Both the position numbers and the translations under genes were made by a program. 64,000 nucleotides of DNA, from contig CT868441.1 of the NCBI GenBank assembly GCA_000165425.1, positions 124,001 through 188,000 on the forward strand, read 5' to 3'. Below are positions 1 through 14,152 of the stretch, piece after piece (the stretch's first letter is position 1; each line of letters starts with the position of its first letter). The notes under the pieces are model-generated. The model was not told where the DNA came from, ran no database searches, and saw nothing but the letters and a program-made list of their open reading frames with translations. The DNA comes from Paramecium tetraurelia (Eukaryota).

Positions 1-19
1 TTGTCACATTTTATTATAG

Positions 20-2538
20 GATGAAGATTCCTATGTCAGGAAAACTGCAGCTATTTGTATTTCTAAATTATATGACGTCTCTCCAGAATTGATCGATGAA
101 TAAGGACTTTTGAAGCTATTAGAAAATCTTCTTAATGATGGCAATGCTATGGTAGTTGCAAATGCTGTATGCGCTTTACTAATAGTATAAGAATCTAAAG
201 GGACAACTATGCTCCAATTAAATGCTTAAACAATTTAAAAAATATTGACAGCCATGAATGAATGTAATGAATGGGGTGTGATTTATTGTCTTGATGCTTT
301 AGCACTCTATATTCCAGAGGATGGAAAAGAAGCAGAAGCGTAATAACAATATCTAATATCAATAGTATATTGGAAAGAGTCAGTCCACGATTGAATCACA
401 GCAATCCAGGAGTGGTTTTATCAGCCTGTAAAATTATGATGAAATTCCTTGATTATCTTTAAAATCCAGAAATTATTAGATAAAATGCACTTAAAATGAC
501 TGCCCCATTAATTTCTTTACTGAGCTTAGGTAAAGAACCAGAAATATAATATGTGGCTCTAAAAAATATAAATCTAATCATTTAAAAGAGGCCAATTATT
601 ATTGAAAAGGAAATTAAAGTATTCTTTTGTAATTTCAATGATCCCATTTATATTAAATTATAGAAACTGGAAGTGTTATCCAAAATAGCTAATTAAGATA
701 ATATTCAATAGATTTTGCATGAATTAAAAGAGTACACACAAGAAGTTGATGTCGAATTTGTTAGAAAATCAGTTAGAACTATAGGTAGATGTGCAATTAA
801 ATTGGAAAAGTCTGCAGAGAAATGTGTTACTGCTTTATGGGAGTGTCTGAAAACTAAAGTGAATTATGTTGTGATGGAATGCATCATTGTTATTAGAGAC
901 ATTTTCAGAAAATACCCACGCAAATATGAAATGATCTTAAAGGATCTATGTGAGAATCTAAAAAGCTTAGAAGACCCAGAGGCCAAAGCATCTATGATTT
1001 GGATCATCGGAGAATATGTAGATACAATTGAGAATGCTGACGATTTATTGTCTAATTTTATTGAGAAGTAAACTAAAATTTTAATATTAAGTTTCAAAGA
1101 CGAACCAGCTAATGTGTAAAATTAAATGTTGGTTGCAGTGATGAAATTGTTTTTGCAAAGACCAGTAGACGGAAAAGAAATTATTCATAATTTATTAAAG
1201 GTAGCAACAACGGAATGCGAAAATCCAGATGTGAGGGATAGAGCTTATATTTATTGGAGAATGCTATCAACTGATCCAGAATTAGCAAAAAAGATTGTGT
1301 TCTCAGAGAGACCTCCTATTTCTGATGCTAGTTACACACTTGAAAATGAACTCTTAGATAAATTAATTGAAAATATTGGAAATCTCAGTTCAGTTTATAC
1401 AAAAAAGCCAGAAAGCTTTGTTAAAAAATTGAGAGAAGTCTTAAATTCAAAAATGTAAGACAAACCAGAGGAAGTATATGAAGGTGAATAACTAATGGAT
1501 GGAAGACCAGAAGATTATAGTGATTAATAAGCAGGTCCATAATCAAATGTTTATGAAGGAAATTACGAAACATCATCATAAATACAATAATAAACTAATG
1601 CGTAATCATAAATTTAATAAGTTTTATAAAATATAGATTTATTGGATTTAGATGATTCATAAGAACGACAATAATAACCCCCACCATCATCATAATAATA
1701 ATAATAATAATAATAACAATAACAATAACAATAACAACTATAATAAAATATTAAACTACCATTTTCTGAAGTCCTTAGTTCCATTACTTCAGGAGCATAA
1801 TAAAAAATAGTTGGACTTTAAATTGAAGGTGCTTTCTAAAAAAATGGAGATCAGATTATCTTAGAATTAAAATTTGCCAACAAAACTCAGGATAAAACTT
1901 TTTAAGTATTAAAACATCTTATTTAGGGTTTTGGAATTAAATTTAACAACAATCCATTTAGATTATAACCGGATTCTATTGAAATTTCTAGTCCACCTAT
2001 CTAACCAGGATAAAGTTTGATTACTTAAATCTTTGTAAACCTAAATGGGCCAGCTTGCTAAGATGCTCCTTAAATGCCTTATAGAATATAGGTTGCACTG
2101 AAAACTAATTTAGATGTGTTTTATTTTCTTATCCCCATGTCACTTAGTGTGTTATTTGTACTTTATTCCTAGTAATAATATAGAGCTCTAATGGTTAAAT
2201 TACTTAGCAAAAATTTGTTGAATTAAGTCAAGCTTAGAATTATGCAAGAAAAAATGAAATTCTTTAATTGCAAGTTGATTATCAAAAAGTAACCTAATAT
2301 TATTATAAATTAGATGAGAGAGAAGCTAGAGAGAAACTATTTATATTTAGTAGGAATTAGGAAGGATGATAAAGGAGTTGAATTATTATCCTACTCTGTT
2401 GTCTTAGCTAATGGCATGTCAATCTTAATTAATGTCATTCACACTACAAATGCAATCAATTTATAATTATAAGCTCCTCATCCAACATTAATTCCATTAA
2501 TATTTTAAGCTTTAGGGTTTATTTTAACGATAAATTGA
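20..2538 (+). CDS. AP1B1/AP2B1: AP-1/AP-2 complex beta subunit (beta-adaptin), 5'-truncated by window edge
   Basis: After an intron 3' end (tag at 17-19) it reads [19 protein letters not shown], later [29 protein letters not shown] and [16 protein letters not shown]. The hinge has clathrin box LLDLD (1639-1653) and polyQ, followed by an appendage domain and TGA 2536-2538. Tiny introns at 340-365, 1068-1091, 1906-1926, 2158-2183, 2289-2313. Confidence 0.95.
1693..1737 (+). repeat. TAA/CAA trinucleotide repeat encoding 15 Gln in the adaptin hinge
   Basis: (TAA)8 followed by alternating CAA/TAA, in frame with the adaptin CDS. Confidence 0.85.
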
Positions 2539-2550
2539 TAAAAAATAAAA

Positions 2551-4253
2551 TCATATTAATTTCGATTATATTTTACATAATATTTAAGATTTTAGTTCTT
2601 CTCTTTCTAAAAAATCCTTTTCCCATTAGTCAAGTTGCACCATTTCTTAAAAGTCACATCCTAAAACTGATAAATTAATTGATTTTAAATTTAATTAATT
2701 TATTTATTCAAATAAATATTTGCATTTATTAAATTAACTATAATTGGCCATTATTTAATTCTTAAGATTGAATCGTTATTGAAAATCAGAATAGTAATTT
2801 TAAATCAATTTAAATTTATGAATTTAGGTTTGTAAAAATGGGATAATATCTCTAAAATTCGAATTTGCAATCTACTTAATCCTTTTGAAAAATTCAATTC
2901 TCTCTTAATAACTAATCATCCATTAGTTAAATAATTCAATAATATCCTAAAGCAACATTTTAACTTAATGATATTCAGGATACTCTAATAAAAATAAGAA
3001 ATTATCTTACCAACATAATTAACAATAAAATCATTCATAATGTTGATTTATAATCCCAAATATTTTGTTTGAAGCCTTTAATCTTTTTCTTGATCTTCTG
3101 CAACTTTTTATCTTAATTATTTCATTTATTTATTTTTAGAATTATCAAGATCATTTTCTTTAAACAAACTGTTGTAGCTCATGAATTATTCTTTTTAAGC
3201 TGGAATTTCATCATATTCTTTAATGATTTTATCTATTCTATTCATCTGTCTTTAATTATTTTCTTAGTCCCAAACTTAAGGTTTTTATATTTCCATATTG
3301 CCTTTTTATTATTTAATCCCTTTTTCTAATTAATTTTCATATTAAGTAGGCTATTTCTTTTTTAGATACTTTTAATTTTTTGAATTTTGCTATTGATTTG
3401 CTCTTTAATTCTATTGTTGCTTGCAATTATTTAAATTAACTGAGGTTTATTATGATTCTTAACATTCCTCTTCAGTGATTTGTTTGTGTTAGTAAATTGG
3501 AATTGATTTTTAGTTATAGATCTGATCTTATTTTGAAAATGGAATATTCATCTATTTATCCAAGTTTAAGATATCAAAATTTTCTGACTAGTTTTGTAAT
3601 TTTTCTTTAGTAATTTAATCTTACAAGGCTGATTCTAATTATTATGTGAGTTCTTAAATTTATTTTTGAAGTGATTTCATAATATCTTAATATTTTGTTT
3701 CTTGTTCTTTCAACAATGAACTATGCTTTTTTTATTCATCCTGCAATTTTTTAAGTTTTACATACTCAACTGATTTCAATCTTGCGATTTCACTTTTTTC
3801 TCTTTCCAATCTTTTTTTTTCTGCATCAACTCTTTGTTTCCATTCTTACTCAAAATCTTTTTGTAATTGATTTTTTTCTTATTCAATCCTTTTCTTATAT
3901 TACAATTTGAGTTATTTTGATTTTTTTTACACTTCTTCATTTATTTACTCCTCTAGCTCCTCCTATATTTTGAATCTTAATTATTGTTCTAATTAGCCTC
4001 TTTAAAGGGAATCATCAAATTCACGAATTACATCTTATGCCAACTGTTCCTTCTATTATTCATAGTCTATTCTAATTTGCTATTCTAATTCAGCTCTTAT
4101 TTATTCTTCATTAAATAAAGCTAAGGAATCTATTTCTTATTGAAATTTATATTAATATTCAATTTGCAATTCTTAATTAACTTGTTCTCTGATCTCTTTC
4201 TCAATATCAGGAAGCAATTCCCTTACTGTTTCTAAAATAATTTCGTTAGACAT
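2551..4253 (-). CDS. Hypothetical long coiled-coil protein (E/Q/K-rich)
   Basis: ATG at 4253 (MSNEIILETVRELLPDIEKEIREQVNQELQ...). Long TGA-free frame in table 6 with at least one tiny intron near 3000. Ends ...LCKIQSKLI-TGA (2551-2553). Confidence 0.75.
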
Positions 4254-4277
4254 ATTTTAAAAATATTATAAAATATT
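4254..4277. promoter_or_regulatory. Putative bidirectional promoter, 24 bp pure A/T between divergent start codons
   Basis: cat-attttaaaaatattataaaatatt-atg. Inferred from gene geometry only. Confidence 0.5.
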
Positions 4278-7200
4278 ATGGAATTAAAGTCCAACTTTGG
4301 TGGGAAATCGAATCTGGATCAGGATAGATCTGCTATTGACAAGATTTAAAACGAAGTGAAAATGATATTCTTCAAAGTCACTCAGCAATTGTTAAAAGAC
4401 GAGGAAAAATCAATTATTCTCAATTTACTAGCCATAGTAATTCAGTTCTTTTAAGTCACTTACATCATCTTCAATCGACAAACATGGAAAGTTTGGCAAA
4501 CTTTTGAAGTAACTGAGTGGCTTAATAAGATATTTGGGTAATGTTAAATAAGCTAAGAAGTTATTCGATGTTAGTCCCTTAATTTCAGATGATATCATTT
4601 CCAGCCTTGGTTGCTATGATGTATGTATGCTTAGGCTTGGTAGTATTTGCATTTATGTTGATCTTCCTTCTAAGCTATAGATTGAAGTCTGCATTCACAT
4701 GGCCAATATATATTTTAAGAATTATGATTCAAATGTTCTTATCAGTTCTTTATATGCCAATCATGGATCTCTTTTTCTCGTTAATTGCTTGTACAACCGA
4801 TGAAAATGGGAACACAATTAACTAAATTTTTATTGATGTTACATGTTGGTAAGGTGCCCATATAGTGCATGGTGTTGTCTCAATTTTAGCTATTGTAATA
4901 TTCTATCTATTATGTATCACATTTGCCTTGATATATTATGAGCCTAGGTATCTACCTAAAGAGCCATTATCTAAGAAGTCTGGTAGAAATTTGGCTATTT
5001 TTTTAACATACGAATTAGTTATGATCATATGTTATACATTCATGGTTGGAAGATCCCATGATTATCTATTCATTTTGATTATTATGATAGGAAGTTTTAT
5101 AATATTTTGGAAAATGCACATAGAAAATCCCCATAATAATATATACATAGCGAAAATGTGGTCTATGCTTGTGTCAGTCAATATGTGGAGTGTTATCCTA
5201 TTATGTTTTGCTAAATTTCTTGAAGGGCAATTATTTTTTGGAACTATTTATGCGTGGTTGTCAGGTTTACCATTAATGATTGTTGCAGTTCTGAAAACAG
5301 AAAAGTTGAACTACGATTTGCTTTTGACCAATTTAAATAAAGTAACAGATCATCAGGATGTCCTTAATTTGACTGATCACTTAATCAAGCTCTACTACAT
5401 TCAAGATGCGGATTCTTAATTGATGATTGATGGATTCTTAGAAATACATAGGGCAACTTGCGCTAGAGAAGATTGTTATTTAAAATAAAAAAAAATCCCA
5501 AATTAAAGATTGGTCAAACCTTTTTTTAAAGATTAAAATCTTAATGAAAGGGATGTTGATCTAATTATGGTTTTAGGCCAAATTTATTTCAATTAGATTA
5601 AAAGATTTCCAAATGAAATTGCTTTAAGGCTTAGATATTCATTGTTTCTCTTAGATCTCATGAAGTAAAGATAATAAGCAATAAATGAATTAATATAAGC
5701 AGAAACACTATGTCCTAGTTTAGATAACGAATTTACGATATTTAGATATAAATAAATAATAGAATATGAAATGAATGCAGCTTAAAATGAGAATTTAGGT
5801 AATTTGGATGTAGCATCAGAATTAGCATTTTAAAATTATATGAGATCCTTTTAAAATAAAATTGAAAGAGCAACGCTTATGCATATGGACTTTTGGTCAT
5901 AATTATAAGAAGATTCTCCTGATTTAGGTAAAATGAATAATATTGGTGCTAAAATTAATTTGGCTATTACTTAAGTTGAAGAACTTTGGAATAAGATGCA
6001 AATGATGACTTCAAATCTGCCTAAAGCTATGAGATTATACGGAAAATTTATCATAGAAGTCTTATAAGATAAGGATTTTGGAGAAGAACTATTGGAAAAA
6101 GCAAGGCGCCTATAGTAGTAGAACAGTAAGAACAAAAATAAACAAATGATATCGATTTTAAGCGGTGAAGACTTAAGTCAAGAGCCGAATGCTACTACTT
6201 TAGTATCAACAGCTACAGAAAAATTTGCTTAGATTATAAACTTAAACTTATCATGCTGCAATTTGTTTGGATACAGTAAGTCTGAAATGATCAACAGAAA
6301 GATCAATATCTTTATGCCAAATCTTTATTAGAAATTTCATGACTCATATGTTGAACGCTTTCTTTAGACAAATGATAATAAAAATATTAATAAGGAAAGA
6401 CTAATTTATATTAAACAAAAATCAAATTACATAGCTCCATGTTATTTAATGTTGAAAATCATTTAATCTCTAGATGACAATCTATAATTGGCTGCATAAT
6501 TTAGATTACCTAAGATTTTCAGACCCACTTGTTATATTATAGTTGATTCAGATGAAACAATTGATTCTATATCAGCCTCTTGCATCCCCTTATTGAATTT
6601 GGATTAAAAAGTAATTTAACATAAAAAATTGTTTTTAATTGACATTTTTCCAAAATTGGCAGAAAATAAAGAGTAATATTTATCTAAAGTCGGAGGATTG
6701 CTTTAGGTAACCTAATATTCTTCTTAGGTTAATAATATAAATTAAATAGAAGAGAAGCAGCAAGAGCAACTTACATTTATGTGTTACATGACTGAAGTAA
6801 TAAATTAATCAATTGATTAATTAGTTGGATATATAATTAGATTAGAATTACAGGGTTAAGAATATAGTACCAACTAAGAATTGCTTGCAAACAACAATCC
6901 ATTAAAAAGTGGAAACAGCTTATAATTTAAATTCAATCCATAACGTAATATGTACAGTGGAGAATTCTTAGCAGATACTAATTCTTAAAGAGTCGATCAG
7001 ACTATATTATGGGATTAGAATGATTAATCATCTATGATATCCTCTAATTAAATGGATATTACAGGAAATATAAAATCATAAGTAAAAACTGAAAAGTCGG
7101 AAGAATAAAATTTGAACACTAAAATAAATTATGGAGAAGGAATTAAAATCTTGAGATTGTTTGAGAATAGAATTTAGGATATCGATGATAAAGATGATGT

Positions 7201-9196
7201 AATGTCAGATGATGAGGAGATCGGAAAAAATAGTGTATTTTAAAATAATATGGAACAGGCAATAGAGAATGATTAATAAAGAAACGAGTAACATAATATT
7301 TTCAGATCAAGAAAGAATCTATTTTAAATTATTAATAGCAATTAAACACCAAAAGTAATTACTAAATTAAATTGGACTGCCAATATTCTTGCATTAATCT
7401 TGGTGGTACTTTCTTTTGTTGACTTTTTCATTATATACTAATAATATGACGACATTTATAATACAATAGTTTTAGTCAAAAATCAAAACTAAAGAAATGC
7501 TGAACTCTAAACAATAACAACCACCGTTCAAAATCTTTTGATGCTAAATTTAGATGTTTGGCAATTAAAAACAGATAGTGATAAGGCCACATATGAAAGC
7601 GCATAGAAAACTAAATTAAATAACTCAATTACAAAAGTTGACAATTTAAACAAAGAACTAATGCTCTCAAGTGTTAGTCTAAGCGATTCCATAATAGGTA
7701 TGATGAGAACAGATATTGTAACAATGAAGTCGAGTGATGGTAACGAATAGTTGTATGATCTATCCGAAGCAATAGAATAAATAATTAGTAAATCACTGAT
7801 CATAAGAGATAAAAGCATTGCAAATATCAATAAGCAAGATATAGATGTGAATTTTGTGCTCTACAATTCTCTAAATAGTTTGATCTATTAATTAAGACTA
7901 TTCTCAACATTATATGCTAATGAATTGAGAATTAAGACTTAGGACAATGGATAAAACTTCTTAACAATTTTAGGAGTGTCCGCGGCCGCCATAGGATTAG
8001 GATTAATCATTATGATAATAGCAATGATATCTGTCAGCAAAAATTAAGAAGAGGTTTTAGCAATGTTTCTAGATCTTCCAGACAAAACAGTTAAATATTT
8101 GTACAACAAAAGCGAGAACTTCATTTCTAATTTGTAAATGGGTGAGGATGATGAGGTACTGTCAGAGATAGATGATGTTGAAAAGGAAGAGTAGGAAGAA
8201 CTAAACAAGACTTTGAAAACCAGAAGAAAGAAGAAGCATTTTAAAAACACAAACAAAGATTAAAGAAACTTCATATTTGGTATATTTTTTGTTTTGTTAA
8301 TCACATAAGGATATTTTGTGTTGAATTACCTTTTAAGTCATACATTTCTAAGTAATCTAGACTAAATGATACCAGAAATAAATGCAACTGCTAGAGCAGA
8401 AAGCTTTTATAGATTTGTAGATATAGGAGAGAGAGCTTTATTTATAGATCGCAATTAAACGATAATGAATTAGGATGCCTACACCATAGTTAAAAATAAT
8501 CTTAATTCTCTTTATGTCTTAGATTCATCTATGCACTAAGAGCATTCATTAAATGTTGAAATTACAAATCAAATATATATAGACGCTTTTAAGGAAATTT
8601 TTATGTCTCAACCCTGTACAATATTAGCAAATGTAATGAATGAAGTTAATGAATAAGAATGTTAGACTTTTGCAGATGGAGCCATCTATTAAGGGATGGC
8701 AGTAGGTGTTGCTCGTTACTTTGAAAATTTAAGGTACATCATGACCATATATGATTAATTTTGGAATAATTCTAAAGTCAATTTTACTTCATTGGCTCGT
8801 GGATTTGTCACTTTCAAAAATATAACTAAAAATTCAGATAATAGTACTAATTATGTTTTAAATCTTAATAATTTCAATCATACAAAAGAGGCTAGATAGA
8901 TGCAGGATAATTATCACCGGGGAACCTTTCGTTATTTAGTTAAGAAGATGATAGAGGGAATATAACAAGATATGGAAAATAGCAAAACTTAGCTTCTTGC
9001 ATTTTTCATTGTATTTGAAGTTCTATTGTTCATTATTTACTTCATATTGTGGTTACCTTTAGTTGTCAAAATGACCAAAGATATTTGGAGAACGAGATTG
9101 ATGATTATGATGATTCCTTTGAGAGTGATCCAAAATATTAGATCTATTAAAGCCTATATCAAAGATAATATACAAATTAATGAGATAGATGTGTGA
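4278..9196 (+). CDS. TmcB/TmcC-like multi-pass membrane protein with PAS domain, tandem paralogue 1
   Basis: Starts MELKSNFGGKS. N-terminal multi-TM block, helical region (HMDFWSQLQEDSPDL), PAS-like INLNLSCCNLFGYSKSEMINRKINIFMPNLYQKFHDSYV, then further TM/extracellular segments. Intron 4538-4560, TGA 9194-9196. Family assignment is from recalled architecture, not a search. Confidence 0.85.
5663..5938 (+). repeat. Homogenised coding tract, copy in paralogue 1
   Basis: About 9 mismatches in 276 nt versus the paralogue 3 copy (manual count). Identity decays after about 5940. Confidence 0.9.
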
Positions 9197-9232
9197 TTTT
9201 ATATATATCTAATATCTATATTATTTAAATAT

Positions 9233-12200
9233 ATGGAGGTAAAGTCTAATTATGGTCAAACAAGACCGCAATTGGAAAATGAAAGTCTTTTGGTACGAAT
9301 GCAAACGGAACTGAAGAATATCATATTTCGAGTGTTCTTTTTGATGCTTAAAGATGAAGAGTAATCCATTACTGTTGCTGCTTTACTCCAAACCATTATG
9401 TTCTTGCAATACTTGTCCTTATTATTTTACCGATAATTGTATATAATTTGGAAAAATGAAGGAGTCTCCTACGAATTACACGAACTATTTGGTTACCTTA
9501 TGCTGACTCCTTATTTTGAAATGTTGGAGTTTTCTAGTTTTGCTTCAATGATGTATGTACTTATAGGTATAATCCTAATTGCCATCATGATATTGCTGCT
9601 AGTAGGCTATAGTAATACAATCAAGTTAAATACAGCAGTATCATGGCCAGTTTTCATATTAAAATAGTTGTTCATACTGTTCTCAACAATATTGTACCTC
9701 CCTACTCTTAATCTCTTTTTCGAGATGGTAAATTGTCATGAGAATGATCAAAATATTGTTGTACTTTAAGCATTTGATCAGGAATGCTGGAATGGAGCAC
9801 ATATTGTTCATGGAATTGTTGCAATTTTAGGAATTCTGATTTTCGTAATTTTCACTGCAATTTTTAATTTGTTATATTTTGAGGCAAGACCAAAAATAAA
9901 GGACTTATTGTCTAAATAATCAGGCAGAGCAAAAACCTTTGTCTACTTCTATCTATTAGTAATGTAGATGTCAATTATTATTTTAGATCCCAAAGATCAT
10001 ACTTATATCATAATCTATATCATACTTGTTGGTGCCTTCATCTCTTTCTATAAATTGCATATCGAATAACCATATTACAATTAAATGATGTAAAAAGTGG
10101 TTTCCATATATTCAACCTTAATTTTATGGAGTGCTTTGCTACTTTGCTTCTCAAATTATTTGGAGGACAACATCTTTCATGGTACTATTTACGCTTGGCT
10201 AGTTGGTTTGCCCCTTTTGGCATTGGCAGTATTTAAAAAGCAAAAATATCATTATGATTTATTACTTATGAATATCTCAAAAGTGGATGATCCAAATCAA
10301 ATAATCAAGCTCATTAACTATATTTAGACACTTTTAACAGGGTACTAAAATAACTAATAATTTAATATAATGCTAAACGCACTTATTGATGTACATAAAA
10401 ATACATGTTAAATTGATGATTGTGTATTTAAGAATAAAAAATAAATTAATTTAAGAATAATCTAATAAAAAGATGAAGATATATCATAAAGAGATTATAA
10501 TATATATCTTTTATTAGGAGAGATTTACTCAAGAACAATGAGAAAGCATTCTACACATTCTAAATTAAGAATTAATTATGCCTTCTATTTATTGGATTAC
10601 TTAAAGTAAAGATAATAAGCATTAAATGAATTAATATAAGCAGAAACATTATGTCCTAGTTTAGATAACGAATTTACGATATTTAGATATAAATAAATAA
10701 TAGAATATGAAATGAATGCAGCTTAAAATGAGAATTTTGGTAATTTAGATGTAGCATCAGAGTTAGCATTTTAAAATTATATGAAATCATTCTAAAATAA
10801 AATTGAAAGAGCAACACTTATGCATATGGACTTTTGGTCATAATTATAAGAAGATTCCCCTGATTTAGGTAAAATGAATGATATTGGGGCCAAAATCAAT
10901 TTAGCTATCATTTAGGTTGAAGAGCTTTGGAATAAAATGTAGAAAATGACATCAAACCTACCCAAAGCTATGAGGTTATATGCAAAATTCATTATTGAAG
11001 TCTTATAAGATAAAGATTACGGAGAAGAATTATTGGAAAAAGCTAAATTTTTATAAATTTAAAATAGTAAAATGAAAAATAAATCTTAAATTTAGATTTT
11101 TAATGTTGATGATATCAACTTTGAATCACTACCAACTTTGATTGTATCAGTACAAAATGATAAGTTTGCTTAGATTAGCAATTTAAATCTGAGTGCATGT
11201 AATCTATTAGGGTATCATAAAACTGAACTATTAAATAGAAGAATTAATATGATCATTCCAACAATTTATGCTAAATTTCATGACTAATATATTGACGGTT
11301 TTTTTGAGAAAAGTGATGCTTCAAAGATATCAAAAGAGAAATTTGTTTATTTGAAATTAAAATCTGGTTATATTCAGCCATGCTATTTATAACTTAAAAT
11401 GCTATAAACTGCTGAGGAGAATAGTTAATTAATTGTTTAATTCAGATCTTTACGTAATTTTAAGAGTGCGTGTTATATAATTTTAGATGCTGATGAGTCT
11501 ATAGAGAGTTTATCATCATCTTGTATTTGTAATATTTTCATTGATCATAAAGTGATTAGTCATAAAAAGATATTTATTTAAGAGATATTCCCTAATTACA
11601 ATAGGAATGATTATCTTAATAAAATAGGGTGTAAAATAGCTTTGAATTTATCGACCGAACTTATTTAAAATTCTTATTACATACAGTATTATATTAATGA
11701 TTTGGAGGATCAGACATAAATAGAATTTTAAATTCAGGTTACAGAAATCGAGAATGAAAAGATAGGTTAAATATTTGGGTATGTTATAAAGCTAGAAAAG
11801 GTTACTGAAATTTATAGTTAATAATTTACTCCAGAACTGTTATAATAGTTAGCTATTCCAAATTAAAGTGTTAGCAGTTTTTAATTTAAATATTTTGCAA
11901 ATAAAGCCTTATATGTAGGTGAGAATTAGGATGACATAAACTCTGCAAGGGTTGATCAAACTGTCATATGGGAATATACTTCTAGAACAAGTGAAGAGAC
12001 TCAAGAGGAAAAGAAAATAGTGATTGAAGATAATAAAATTGCAAAACCTAATTATGCAGAGGGTATAAGGACTCTAAAATTGTTTGAGAACAGAATTTAG
12101 GATTTGGAAGACATCAAATTAGATTTCTCAGAATAAGAGGAAGAATAGCATTCTAGTGTATTTCAAAGACATCAGGACAGTCAAGAAGAGATTGAATTTG

Positions 12201-14126
12201 GATAAAAAAATAATATGTTTCGTAATAGAAAAGCTTTAAATTCAGCGATAAATAATCAATAAATTCCAAAAATTATGGTGTATTTGAGTTGGGTGATAAA
12301 TATTTTAGTTTTGGCTGTTATAACTCTAACTTTTACTTCTTATTTTCTAGGCTTATTTTTATTTTAAAATTTTCAAGATTCTTTAAATTTATTAGGATAT
12401 GCCACAACAAGAAATTTGGAATGCAATTAAATTGTGATGAATATCCAAAATTTGTAAATGCTTAACCTAGGCATTTGGAATTTGACAGAGGTTGAAGCTA
12501 CTGACTATGAAATCTAATAAAGAACTGAACTGAATGAATCCATTTTTACATTAACATAAGTAAACAAAAAGCTAATGTTATCAGATATATATATCAATAG
12601 TGAAATCGAGGAGTTGCATTCTTAAAGAGTTGTAAATGTTAGGATAAACAAAAATAGTTATTAAAAGTATGACTTAATTGAAGCAACATAATAAATTATA
12701 AGTAAAGCTTTGATAGTTAGAGATAAGTAGCTTTCTTAGATTAATAAGGAAGATGAAGACACAAGTTTTATTTTATATAACCTATTCAATGACATTGTCT
12801 TTCAATTGAGAAATGAGACAGGTTAATATTCATATGGATTATAAAGTGTTGCAGAGGATAATGCTCTCAATTTTTTTATTATATTGATTGTATCTGGTTG
12901 CTCATTCATTATACTTTTGATCTTCATTTTATTGTTTCTGATGTAAATAAACTAAACTAAAGAGTAAATACTGTAATTATTTATTGAAATACCTGAGAAA
13001 ACAGTTAAATATTTGTATAACAAAAGTGAAAATTTTATATCGAATTTGTAGATAGGAGAGGAAGAGGAAATATCATCAGAGGTCAGCGATGAAGAGAATG
13101 ATGAAGAGAAAGAGTTGAATAAGTCATTAAAATCAAAGAGAAGGAAAAAGTTGCTCAAAAATAAAAACTCATTCTTCCGAACCTAATTTACTTTAGCAAT
13201 TTTCCTTGTTTCTACTTTAATAGGGTACTTCATATTGAATTACTTTCTTAATTAAACGACCTACAGCAATCTAAAGTAACAAATACCAGAACTAAACATA
13301 ACAGCTCGATCTGGGTCATTCTACAGATATGTGGATAATTCAGAAAGGCAGTTGTTTTTGAATAGAGATGATCCAATTTTATTGTAGGATGCATATACAT
13401 CAGTTGTCAATAATTTGTAATAAAATTATGATTTGGATTCTTCTTTGCATTCTGAACATGCCAAGAATTCTGAAATATGCAATTCAGATTATTATGATAC
13501 ATTTCAATAGATCTTCATGATGAATCCTTGTAACATTTTTATAGCAATTGGATATTCGACTCAGGAATATTGCGAGGCTTATGCGAGTGGATCAATTCAG
13601 TAAGGAATGGCTGTAGCAATTGCAAGATTCTTTGAAAATGTGAGGTATATAATGACGATATATGATGTATTTTATGGTTATCCAGATGTAAATTTCACTG
13701 CTGCAGCAAGAGGATCGGGAGTCTTTAGAAACATTACTTAGAATTCTGACAATGTGACCAATTACATTTATAATTTGAATAACTTTAAGTAAGCTTAAGA
13801 AGCTAGAGTATTGTAGAGTGTCTTTATTAAAGGTATTAAAGCAATTATCCTTCATAGGGGCATTCATTTACTTAGTAGACCAATACATCATCGCTTTGAA
13901 GGATGATATCAGTTTAACTTAGACTCAATTATTGGCAATATTTATTGTGTTTGAAGTGTTAGTATTCTTAGTGTACTTTATTGGGTGGTACCCAGCCTCA
14001 ATTAGAATGACTAGGGATATTTGGAGAACTAAGGGATTGATAATGATGATTCCTTTGAATGTTATATTAAAGATCAAATCGATTAAAGAAAAGGTTGGAA
14101 ATTTAGTGTAAGGGACAGATTAGTGA
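9233..14126 (+). CDS. TmcB/TmcC-like multi-pass membrane protein with PAS domain, tandem paralogue 2
   Basis: Starts MEVKSNYGQT and is colinear with paralogue 1. PAS-like NLSACNLLGYHKTELLNRRINMIIPTIYAKFHD. Intron 13833-13857. Ends VGNLVQGTDQ-TGA (14124-14126). Confidence 0.85.
10604..11039 (+). repeat. Homogenised coding tract, copy in paralogue 2
   Basis: 7 mismatches in 436 nt versus 15552-15987 (manual count), no gaps. Confidence 0.92.
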
Positions 14127-14152
14127 AAATTTATTTATTTATTTATTTAAAA